A stretch of DNA of 64,000 bases, from positions 119,795 to 183,794 of the forward strand of contig CALVNL010000001.1 of the NCBI GenBank assembly GCA_944349655.1, given 5' to 3'. The translations under genes were made by a program, and so were the position numbers. Position 1 is the stretch's first letter; the number at the start of each line of letters is the position of its first letter. This DNA comes from an uncultured Clostridia bacterium. GTDB lineage: Bacteria; Bacillota; Clostridia; Christensenellales; DTU072. Below, piece by piece: positions 20,970-28,834 of this stretch. Under the pieces are notes generated by a model. The model did no database searches. It saw only the letters and a list, made by a program, of their open reading frames with translations, and was not told where the DNA came from.

Positions 20970-21877
20970 TGTATATTTTTATAGTCGGACCGACCTGTAG
21001 CGGAAAAAGCGCTCTTGCCGTTAAAATAGCTAAAGAAATCAACGGCGAAATAATAGGGGCGGATTCTATGCAGATATATAAATATATGGATATAGGTACG
21101 GCCAAAACCCCGATTGCGGAAAGAGAAGGCGTTATACACCATATGATAGACATAATCGAACCCGACGAAAACTTCAGCGTTGCCGAATATGCTGCGCGTG
21201 CCGAGGCCGTTGCGGCAGATATAGAAAAACGCGGTAAAGTTCCGATAATCTGCGGAGGAACGGGATTATATATAAATGCGCTTCTTTACGGATATGAAAT
21301 GCGTTCATACGACCCGCAATTAAGGGAAAAATTGAAATCGGAACTGGATAAAGAGGGGATTGACGCATTTTATAACAGATTAACGGAACTCGATCCTCTC
21401 GCCGTACAAATTCATAAAAACAACGTTAAACGCGTTTTAAGAGCTATGGAAGTCATCCTGAGCGACGGAAAATCCATTTTGGAACAGAAAGACAAGCAAG
21501 ATGCTCCTCGTCCGCATCTGATGTATGCGCTTGAATGGGAGCGCACTCAACTGTATGATAAAATAAATTACCGCGTAGAAGAAATGTTCGATAACGGGTT
21601 GAAAGAAGAAATCGATTTCCTTTTAGACGGAAAAACAGACTTCGGTTCTCAAAGTATGCAAGCAATAGGATATAAGGAATTCTACGATTTTTACTATAAC
21701 GGTTTACCCTTGGAAATCGTGAAAGAAAACATAAAAAAACATACACGCAATTATGCTAAAAGACAACTAACGTGGTTCAAAAGCATACAATCCTGCAAAT
21801 GGGTGAATATTGAATGTTTTCCTGCAATAATTGAAAATATTAAACACGATTATTACAAATTTGCTTCTAATTTATAA
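20969..21877 (+). CDS. miaA: tRNA dimethylallyltransferase MiaA
   Basis: Start moved to the ATG at 20969 (TGATG overlap with the mutL stop); MYIFIVGPTCSGKS P-loop; about 302 aa. Confidence 0.92.
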   Translation: MYIFIVGPTCSGKSALAVKIAKEINGEIIGADSMQIYKYMDIGTAKTPIAEREGVIHHMIDIIEPDENFSVAEYAARAEAVAADIEKRGKVPIICGGTGLYINALLYGYEMRSYDPQLREKLKSELDKEGIDAFYNRLTELDPLAVQIHKNNVKRVLRAMEVILSDGKSILEQKDKQDAPRPHLMYALEWERTQLYDKINYRVEEMFDNGLKEEIDFLLDGKTDFGSQSMQAIGYKEFYDFYYNGLPLEIVKENIKKHTRNYAKRQLTWFKSIQSCKWVNIECFPAIIENIKHDYYKFASNL

Positions 21878-21893
21878 TATAAAGGTATCTAAA

Positions 21894-23120
21894 ATGGAAT
21901 TATTACAAGCTAAAGAAAGAATAAAACAAGCTGAACTTGCTTCAAAAGTATTATTTGACGATATATCGGAAACAGCTTTGTTCAATCAAGAAAAAATACT
22001 CAACGCTTTTTTCAAAAACAAGGTCAATTATTCACATTTTAACGGAACGACCGGCTACGGTTACGACGATATCGGCAGAGATAATCTCAATCGGATTTTT
22101 GCCGACGTATTCGGTGCCGAAGACGCTTTGGTCAGCCCGTTGATAGCGAACGGAACCCACGCATTGACGTTGGCTTTGTTCGGAATTCTTCGTCCGGGTG
22201 ATTTACTTTACAGCGTAGCGGGCAAGCCTTACGATACGTTAGACGAAGTTATAAACGGAAAAGGCAACGGTTCGCTAAAAGATTTTGGCATAGATTATCT
22301 ATATAGCGATTTTTCCGACGGCAAATTCGATTTCGAAAATATCGCTCGTGTTTTGAAAGATAAAAAACCTAAAGCCGTATTTATACAACGTTCAAAAGGA
22401 TATTTATGGCGAGAAGCGTTATCTTTGGCTGAAATTGCCGAAGTTATATCTTTTATTCGTAATATTCGTCCGGAAACCGTTATTATGGTCGATAATTGTT
22501 ACGGTGAATTTACCGAAAAACAAGAACCGTGCGAAGTCGGAGCCGATATCGCCATAGGTTCGCTTATAAAAAATCCGGGAGGCGGCATAGCTCCGACGGG
22601 TGGTTATATTGTCGGTAAAAAAACTCTTATCGAACAAATTTCCTACCGATTGACGGCGCCTTCACTCGGATCTGAAGTAGGTTCTTACGCGCAAGGTTAC
22701 AGATTGTTTTACCAAGGATTGTTTATGGCTCCATCCGTTGTGGCAAACGTTTTGAAATTCAATACCGTCGCAAGTCGCGTTCTTACCGATTGCGGCTGTC
22801 AAACGATGCCTCAATGCGGTAAACGTCCGTACGATATAATAAATTCGATTAAATTCGATACGGCGGAAGAACTTATCGAATTCTGCCGCATTATACAAAG
22901 CGTTTCTCCGATAGACAGCTACGTAACCCCGGAACCGTGGGATATGCCTGGATATCCGCACCAAGTGATTATGGCGGCAGGGACATTTGTTCAGGGAGCT
23001 TCGCTGGAACTTACCGCAGACGGTACGGTAAGAGAACCGTTTGTCGCTTATATGCAAGGCGGACTTACGTACGAGCATTGTATGATTGCGCTAAGAAAAA
23101 TTCTGACAGAGATGTTCTGA
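21894..23120 (+). CDS. methionine gamma-lyase family PLP-dependent protein (YnbB / aluminium-resistance-protein type)
   Basis: Start moved to the ATG at 21894 (MELLQAKERIKQAE); conserved YGYDDIGRD and IKNPGGGIAPTGGY segments typical of this family; usual neighbour of miaA/hfq in Firmicutes. Confidence 0.8.
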   Translation: MELLQAKERIKQAELASKVLFDDISETALFNQEKILNAFFKNKVNYSHFNGTTGYGYDDIGRDNLNRIFADVFGAEDALVSPLIANGTHALTLALFGILRPGDLLYSVAGKPYDTLDEVINGKGNGSLKDFGIDYLYSDFSDGKFDFENIARVLKDKKPKAVFIQRSKGYLWREALSLAEIAEVISFIRNIRPETVIMVDNCYGEFTEKQEPCEVGADIAIGSLIKNPGGGIAPTGGYIVGKKTLIEQISYRLTAPSLGSEVGSYAQGYRLFYQGLFMAPSVVANVLKFNTVASRVLTDCGCQTMPQCGKRPYDIINSIKFDTAEELIEFCRIIQSVSPIDSYVTPEPWDMPGYPHQVIMAAGTFVQGASLELTADGTVREPFVAYMQGGLTYEHCMIALRKILTEMF

Positions 23121-23269
23121 TATGGGTAAACTTTGTTTCGGAATAATAAATTTTACCGTAAAAATTTAACAATGAAAATTGTTGTAAAATATATAAATAA
23201 AATTTGTGCAAAGTTTTTTAATTTACAAATATACGCCTAATTTATAACTATATTTAGTCCCCCTTGCTT

Positions 23270-23305
23270 TATCATTTCGCAAAACCTGTATTTTGCGAAA
23301 TGATA
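23270..23305. repeat. perfect 15-bp inverted repeat with a 6-bp asymmetric spacer; candidate recombinase core (dif-like) site
   Basis: TATCATTTCGCAAAA (23270-23284), CCTGTA, TTTTGCGAAATGATA (23291-23305); no U-tract on either strand, so it does not look like an intrinsic terminator; 197 bp upstream of the recombinase gene. Confidence 0.5.
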
Positions 23306-23486
23306 TATAAATAAAATTTTAAGAATAAAACCTTTCCCTACGCTGTAAAAAAGTATTTTTAATACATATTTTTCAAAAAATCGACTCATTACACCCTATA
23401 AATTTATATAAAAATAAAGTTCTATATCATTTTAACTGATTTTTATATATTTTACCTTAAGAATATAGATTTTTTAACTCAATATA

Positions 23487-23495
23487 TGATATAAT
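23487..23495 (+). promoter_or_regulatory. extended -10 promoter element for the recombinase gene (leaderless transcript predicted)
   Basis: TGaTATAAT at 23487-23495; the ATG at 23502 lies 6 nt after the -10 hexamer and no SD is present. Confidence 0.45.
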
Positions 23496-23501
23496 ATTTT
23501 T

Positions 23502-24584
23502 ATGGAATTTACCGAAGAACGAGATTTGAAATATCTGACAAAACTAAGAAAGGAACTTATACCCTGTCTTCCTTCTTTTTGCGCTGATTTTTTTACAGGT
23601 ATCGGTATGCGCACAACCGCCCTCACAAGATATAATTACGGAACGGATCTGAAACTTTTTTTCGACTATCTGGTTTCCGATGGAGCTCCGTTTTCGGGAA
23701 TGACGGCCTCGGACATAACCGTTAAAGACCTCGAAGGTTTAACAAAGATAGACATAGAACGCTATCTCGACTATATTACGGCCTATTACTCCTCCAACAA
23801 AAACGCTTATCTCAAGAACCGCGACGTTACAAAGTCCCGTAAGTTAAGTTCGGTAAGATCGCTTTTTACATATCTTTATAAATCCGATATGCTTTCCGAA
23901 AACGTAACTTTAAAAGTAGATATGCCTAAAATTCGTGAAAAAGAAATTATAAGGCTTGAAGACGACGAAGTTATTGACGTGTTAAACGAATTCGGAAAAA
24001 GCGATACTTTTTTATCCGACAGGAAAAATTCCTATAATAACAATAACACGAAAATTCGCGATAACGCTATACTCACTCTGCTTCTCGGTACCGGTATCCG
24101 TGTCAGCGAATGCGTCGGGCTTAACGTTAAAGATATCGATTTTACAAACAATTCGTTTACGGTTACGAGAAAAGGAGAAAAACGCTCTATCCTTTATATG
24201 AGCGATGATATCGCTGCAGTTTTGAGCGATTATCTTGACTTCAGACAGGCTCTTCTTGAAAAACATCGTTCGGAAGACCCCGAAGCGTTATTTCTTTCCC
24301 TTAGAGATACCCGCATATCTGTTCGCGCAGTTGAGCTGATCGTAAAAAAATATGCCGCTGAAGTAACTCCCTTAAAAAAAATCACCCCGCACAAACTCAG
24401 AAGTACTTACGGTACGGCATTATACCGTTCTACAAAAGATATCTATGTGGTTGCGGAAGTTTTGGGACATAAGGATATAAATACTACCAAAAAACATTAC
24501 GCCGCAATCAGTGAAGACATCAAGAAAGAAGCTGCAGGAAAAGTCCGTTTCAAACCCGACAACAATCCCGATTCCCCTCTTTAA
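23502..24584 (+). CDS. tyrosine site-specific recombinase, Xer family (XerS-like size and motifs)
   Basis: 360 aa; catalytic GIRVSE (Arg), HKLRST (His-x-x-Arg), LGHKDINTTKKHY (His...Tyr); VTRKGEKR strand-turn motif resembles the XerS TRKGGKR rather than the XerC/D GKGxKER (recalled from memory). Confidence 0.85.
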   Translation: MEFTEERDLKYLTKLRKELIPCLPSFCADFFTGIGMRTTALTRYNYGTDLKLFFDYLVSDGAPFSGMTASDITVKDLEGLTKIDIERYLDYITAYYSSNKNAYLKNRDVTKSRKLSSVRSLFTYLYKSDMLSENVTLKVDMPKIREKEIIRLEDDEVIDVLNEFGKSDTFLSDRKNSYNNNNTKIRDNAILTLLLGTGIRVSECVGLNVKDIDFTNNSFTVTRKGEKRSILYMSDDIAAVLSDYLDFRQALLEKHRSEDPEALFLSLRDTRISVRAVELIVKKYAAEVTPLKKITPHKLRSTYGTALYRSTKDIYVVAEVLGHKDINTTKKHYAAISEDIKKEAAGKVRFKPDNNPDSPL

Positions 24585-24651
24585 GAGCTAAAATTATTTC
24601 TAATTAAATAAAAAATTATAATTATATTCTAAATTTCGACATAAATTGCAG

Positions 24652-24680
24652 TTGACTTAAAGGGAATATAACTTTATAAT
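24652..24680 (+). promoter_or_regulatory. near-consensus sigma-A promoter for the PadR-like gene
   Basis: TTGACT (24652-24657), 17-nt spacer, TATAAT (24675-24680); AAGGAG SD at 24698-24703, ATG at 24711. Confidence 0.65.
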
Positions 24681-24689
24681 TTAGTTATA
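24667..24689. promoter_or_regulatory. inverted repeat overlapping the -10 box; candidate autoregulatory operator
   Basis: TATAACT (24667-24673), N9, AGTTATA (24683-24689) straddles the TATAAT box. Confidence 0.35.
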
Positions 24690-24710
24690 CGAATTTTAAG
24701 GAGTTTATCC

Positions 24711-26258
24711 ATGGAAACGGTAAATACCGATATGTTGCGAGGGAGAGTAGATATATTCGTCCTCAAAGCATTAAGCGAAAACGACGGATACGGATACGAT
24801 ATCCTGAATTACATTCATTCACGCACCGAAGGTCATTATGAAATGAAACAGTCTTCGATTTACAGCGTACTTAAAAGGCTGGAAAAGCAAGGCTATGTTT
24901 ATTCCTATAACGGCGACGAAACCAACGGGGCAAAAAGAAGATACTATTCCCTTACCGAAGCCGGGAGAAAAATGCTCGATGACGAGGAAAAAGAATGGGC
25001 TTATACCAGGACTTTGCTGGATAACCTCGTTTCCGACCGTAATTTCGACCTGAAAACCGATACGCCTCCCTTCAGACCCTCCGATTTGCGTCCGTTAACG
25101 AGAAGAGGTCCGAGGTCTGAGGATAGCGACCAGTCGGAACAGGAAAACAACTCGTTAAAGCAGGTTGAATCCGATAATGATTCCGTAAAGACAGAAAAAA
25201 CCGAAATTACCGTAAACGTGTATCCTATTACCGAGAACGTGACGGTAAAAGAAGAAGTAAAGGAAATAAAATCCGAAACATCGGATAGCGAACAAGTTTT
25301 AATTTCCGAAACCTCTTTACCTGTCGAAGGAAATTCCGCCGTGCAAGAATCTGCGTCCGTTTCACCGACGGAAGACACCTCTTTTACCGATATATCCGAT
25401 AATCGTGACGATATCGTGCAGTCCTCCGAAAAATCGATAACTACCGATGAAATATCGAAAGTGGCGGCAACTACCGATACTGCGGAAAATCTGTATGTAC
25501 CTTTCTCGCCATCACAAGAAAAAAGATTAAACGAAAGCATCACGCCTTCTAAAGTTTCAATAGAGGAAAAATCAAGCGAAAAAGTACTTTATAATCGTCC
25601 CGTTACCGAGAAAGCAAAAGTTTATACGTCCGGTTTCTCAAACAACGGCGAAAGCTATATCGATTTTTTCAGTAATCTTTTTAATGAAAAGAAACCCGAA
25701 GAAAAACCTTCCGTTTCCCGTAACGAAAAAGCGGATAATATAGATTGCTCGCATATTAACGACCTCAGAACCGTCCTTGACAAAGAAGGCATCAGGCTTC
25801 GGAACTACGAACCTATAAATGCGGGAAAAACGTCCATAAAATATGTTTTGGTGAATAAGATATTCCGAGACAGCATTGTTTTGTCATATCTTTTTACCGT
25901 GTTAAGTATGCTTATCGTATATTTTGTCAAAGATTTCGGGGTTTCGCTTAACGCATTGCTAATAGTTTGCGGAATAATGTTGATATTTCCCATTGTCGCG
26001 TTATTTGTATGCTTTAACAACCCCCTGAAGAGGAAAAAAGATAATTTAAGACCGAAGATTGTTCTTTCGATATGTCTTATAATTTATCTGGCATACTTTA
26101 TCGTAAATTTAATTATAAATCTTCTGATACCTAACGGAAACAGTCTCAATTCCCCTGCTACATATGCTCCGGCGGTTGCAGGACTGGTTATTCCTTTCTT
26201 CGGTTGTATTTTCGCATTACTTTACAAAACCGGAAATTATCATCTTAAAAACAAATAA
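24711..26258 (+). CDS. PadR-family winged-helix regulator fused to a long acidic/Ser-Thr-rich linker and a C-terminal 4-TM domain
   Basis: 515 aa; N-terminal about 100 aa is typical PadR (IFVLKALSENDGYGYDI...SSIYSVLKRLEKQGYV...RRYYSLTEAGR); about 250 aa of low complexity; hydrophobic helices in the last about 150 aa. Confidence 0.8.
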   Translation: METVNTDMLRGRVDIFVLKALSENDGYGYDILNYIHSRTEGHYEMKQSSIYSVLKRLEKQGYVYSYNGDETNGAKRRYYSLTEAGRKMLDDEEKEWAYTRTLLDNLVSDRNFDLKTDTPPFRPSDLRPLTRRGPRSEDSDQSEQENNSLKQVESDNDSVKTEKTEITVNVYPITENVTVKEEVKEIKSETSDSEQVLISETSLPVEGNSAVQESASVSPTEDTSFTDISDNRDDIVQSSEKSITTDEISKVAATTDTAENLYVPFSPSQEKRLNESITPSKVSIEEKSSEKVLYNRPVTEKAKVYTSGFSNNGESYIDFFSNLFNEKKPEEKPSVSRNEKADNIDCSHINDLRTVLDKEGIRLRNYEPINAGKTSIKYVLVNKIFRDSIVLSYLFTVLSMLIVYFVKDFGVSLNALLIVCGIMLIFPIVALFVCFNNPLKRKKDNLRPKIVLSICLIIYLAYFIVNLIINLLIPNGNSLNSPATYAPAVAGLVIPFFGCIFALLYKTGNYHLKNK

Positions 26259-26290
26259 GCTATTAAACCTTAAATAACAACATCTATTAA

Positions 26291-26330
26291 AAAAAACCGC
26301 CTTGATTTAAGAATGTTCAGGCGGTTTATT
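26291..26330. terminator. bidirectional rho-independent terminator between convergent genes
   Basis: AAAAAACCGCCT ... AGGCGGTTTATTT: GC-rich stem (26294-26302 / 26319-26327) flanked by an A-run and a T-run. Confidence 0.75.
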
Positions 26331-26359
26331 TATATGTAAGTTTTAGTATAGATTTTTTT

Positions 26360-27454
26360 TCAGAATGAAATAGGTTTATCTTCCTTTTCCAGAATTTTTT
26401 CCGATGTTTCGTTCGCTTGTTTTAGTTCTTCTATTTTTTTTGCTTTTTGAGCATTTACGATATTGGTAAGCCGAGCGTTGGTCTCCTGATAAATTTCATC
26501 GGGAGTTTTTTCATTTTTAACTATATGATCAGAGGTAGGAGTTTTAATTTTATAAATAGCGTTGATATCGGTAATTATAGGTTTTCCGGTAATTTTAGAC
26601 AAAAATTTAAGCATAAAGCTTTCAATTTTATCGGCAAACTTCCACATTAAAATAAATACCGCAACAAAAGCTGCCACTATTAGTATCCATACCGCAATCC
26701 CCCAACCGGAAAAGGGAATGGACATTATATTATCTACCAGTAAGACCGTCCCTGCTACGTTAATCGGTCTGGAAATGAGCTGCACCAAAATAAATACGGG
26801 ATAACTCATTGTGGTAAGTCCGGCGATAAGGCATAACATATCGTCGGGGAAAACGGGAAATATAAACATATAAATAAGCATAGCTTTATCTTTCCCTTTA
26901 ACGAAATTATTATATTTAATGAGCACTTCCTCACCGATGCACCATTTAACCAATTTAACACCGAAAGTGCGTCCTAAGAAAAATGCAACGAAAGAACCTA
27001 TCCACAACCCTATGCAGCAAAGCAAAATTGCTTCCCAGGCAGGATAAAGCATTGCTCCCGCCGCGGTTACTATAGTACTGGGAATGGGTATAAAAGTCAC
27101 TTGCAAAAACTGTATAAGCACAAAAATAGCTTTTCCGGCTATCCCGAATCCTTTAATCAATTCCACCAGTTCTTCGGCGCTGTCGATATTTTCAAAGACG
27201 CCTGTTTTGGCAATTATCGCGGTTATACCGATGATAAGGATCCCGCAAATCACTCCTAAAAATGTAAATTTATATATTTTTTCCTTTTCAAGAAAAATTC
27301 CTAAAGCAAAAAGACCGATAATAACGGGTATAAAGCAAAAAATTACTATTTGAATTATTTTAGAAAAATAGCTGAAAGACAAAGAAGCGACCACGATATA
27401 AAATATCGAGCAAATTATTCCGATTATAAGTCGCTTTTTCTTTTTATCGGACAT
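26360..27454 (-). CDS. TVP38/TMEM64 (DedA-related) family membrane protein with a charged C-terminal tail
   Basis: 364 aa; multiple TM helices, conserved VTFIPIPSTIVTAAGAMLY-type segment; about 90-aa hydrophilic tail. Confidence 0.75.
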   Translation of the reverse strand: MSDKKKKRLIIGIICSIFYIVVASLSFSYFSKIIQIVIFCFIPVIIGLFALGIFLEKEKIYKFTFLGVICGILIIGITAIIAKTGVFENIDSAEELVELIKGFGIAGKAIFVLIQFLQVTFIPIPSTIVTAAGAMLYPAWEAILLCCIGLWIGSFVAFFLGRTFGVKLVKWCIGEEVLIKYNNFVKGKDKAMLIYMFIFPVFPDDMLCLIAGLTTMSYPVFILVQLISRPINVAGTVLLVDNIMSIPFSGWGIAVWILIVAAFVAVFILMWKFADKIESFMLKFLSKITGKPIITDINAIYKIKTPTSDHIVKNEKTPDEIYQETNARLTNIVNAQKAKKIEELKQANETSEKILEKEDKPISF

Positions 27455-27895
27455 TCAATCCTCCAGCATCTTTATTTCTTTTCTCGCTAATTCGTCGCAA
27501 CGGTTATTATATTCGTTGTCGCTATGCCCTTTGACTTTAACAAAATTAACGTTATGTTTTTTTACCTCAATAAGCAAGGCTTTCCATAAATCCACGTTTT
27601 TAACCGCATTTCCTTGTGCCGTCCTCCAGTTTTTTGCCTGCCAATCGTTAATCCACCCTTTGAAAAAAGGTTCGAGAGAATATGCGCTGTCACTGTAAAT
27701 AGTTACGTCGCAACGTTCCTTGAGCTGTAAGAGAGCGTTGATTATCGCGAATAATTCCATTCGGTTATTGGTTGTTTCCGGATAACCGCCGGAAATAACT
27801 TTTTCGTGTCCTTTATATATTAAAATCGCTGCCCATCCGCCCTTACCCGGATTATTGCTGCAAGCTCCGTCTGTATAGATATCAACGTGTTTCAT
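27455..27895 (-). CDS. rnhA: ribonuclease HI
   Basis: 146 aa; IYTDGACSNNPGKGGWAAIL, catalytic D-E-D-D pattern (NNRMEL, SDSAY, GHSDNEYNNRCDELA). Confidence 0.93.
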   Translation of the reverse strand: MKHVDIYTDGACSNNPGKGGWAAILIYKGHEKVISGGYPETTNNRMELFAIINALLQLKERCDVTIYSDSAYSLEPFFKGWINDWQAKNWRTAQGNAVKNVDLWKALLIEVKKHNVNFVKVKGHSDNEYNNRCDELARKEIKMLED

Positions 27896-28695
27896 TATAA
27901 TTTCTCACTTAATAATGCGGATTTTTTCCTGCAAGCCTCAACTCCTTCGGCAACAATCTCCACTAAATTTCTATCTTTATATACTTCCACGGCCTCTATG
28001 GTCGTTCCTCCTTTGGAACAAACTTTATCTACCAAGGTATCGAGATTTTCTTCACTATTCAATGCAAGATCAGCAGCGCCTATGATGGTATTAAGTGCAA
28101 GTTGTTTACTTTCTTCGTAGCTGAGTCCCCCGTTCATTCCGCCTTCTATCATTCCTTTAGCAAACATATAAACGTAAGCAGGACCGCTTCCACTGACAGA
28201 AGTTACGGCATCGAATTTACTTTCATCGAGAATAACCACTCCGCCGCAAGCCGAAAGCATTTTTTCTACGAATAGTTTTTCCGTTTCGTCGGTTCCGTCG
28301 AAAGCAACTCCGCAAACTCCCTTTCCGTTTGCGCAAGGTGTATTAGGCATTATTCTGACGATACTTCCTCGAAAATTGTTCAACTTCGATTTGAGAACGT
28401 TTATTTTTACTCCCGCCATTATAGACATTACTTTCGTAATCTGTCCGAAATCCGTTTCCTTACATAATTCCGCGTAATGCTGCGGTTTTACGGCAAATAA
28501 AATCCTTTCCGACGAGGAAACCAATTCCGAAAAGGAATTACAAACGGAAATTTCATAAGGAAAAGCTTTGATTTTCTCTTCAGCAATATCAAAAACGGCA
28601 ACTTCTTGCGGTTTTAATATATTTTCCGACAAAATTCTTTTAATGATGGCTTGTCCCATCACCCCGAATCCCACAACACCTATTTGGTATTTCAT
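27895..28695 (-). CDS. proC: pyrroline-5-carboxylate reductase
   Basis: 266 aa; N-terminal Rossmann VGFGVMGQAI, C-terminal GGTTIEA signature. Confidence 0.92.
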   Translation of the reverse strand: MKYQIGVVGFGVMGQAIIKRILSENILKPQEVAVFDIAEEKIKAFPYEISVCNSFSELVSSSERILFAVKPQHYAELCKETDFGQITKVMSIMAGVKINVLKSKLNNFRGSIVRIMPNTPCANGKGVCGVAFDGTDETEKLFVEKMLSACGGVVILDESKFDAVTSVSGSGPAYVYMFAKGMIEGGMNGGLSYEESKQLALNTIIGAADLALNSEENLDTLVDKVCSKGGTTIEAVEVYKDRNLVEIVAEGVEACRKKSALLSEKL

Positions 28696-28715
28696 AACAA
28701 ACTCTCCTCTTTTTC

Positions 28716-28744
28716 TTGACTAAACGTCATATTTATTTTATAAT
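28716..28744 (+). promoter_or_regulatory. consensus sigma-A promoter for tRNA-Trp
   Basis: TTGACT (28716-28721), 17-nt spacer, TATAAT (28739-28744); the tRNA 5' end is at 28760. Confidence 0.7.
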
Positions 28745-28759
28745 ATCAAAGTAACTTAC

Positions 28760-28834
28760 AGGGGAGTGGCTCAATGGTAGAGCAGCGGTCTCCAAAACCG
28801 CTGGTTGCGTGTTCGAATCGCGTCTCCCCTGCCA
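28760..28834 (+). tRNA. trnW: tRNA-Trp (anticodon CCA), 3' CCA encoded
   Basis: Cloverleaf by hand: acceptor AGGGGAG/CTCCCCT, D arm GCTC-AATGGTA-GAGC, anticodon arm GCGGT-CTCCAAA-ACCGC, T arm GCGTG-TTCGAAT-CGCGT, discriminator G plus CCA. Confidence 0.93.

Noticed and set aside
23454-23479. ACCTTAAGAATATAGATTTTTTAACT, partly resembling the B. subtilis 28-bp dif (ACTTCCTAGAATATATATTATGTAAACT, from memory)
   Set aside because: Only the central AGAATATA and part of the right arm match, and the left arm does not. Such a match is easy to obtain by chance in a region this AT-rich. The perfect palindrome at 23270-23305 is the stronger candidate site.
23121-26340. Possible integrated mobile element around the tyrosine recombinase
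   Set aside because: There are no phage, transposon or conjugation genes. I found no flanking direct repeats. The integrase is not adjacent to the tRNA 3' end. The Xer/dif interpretation fits better.
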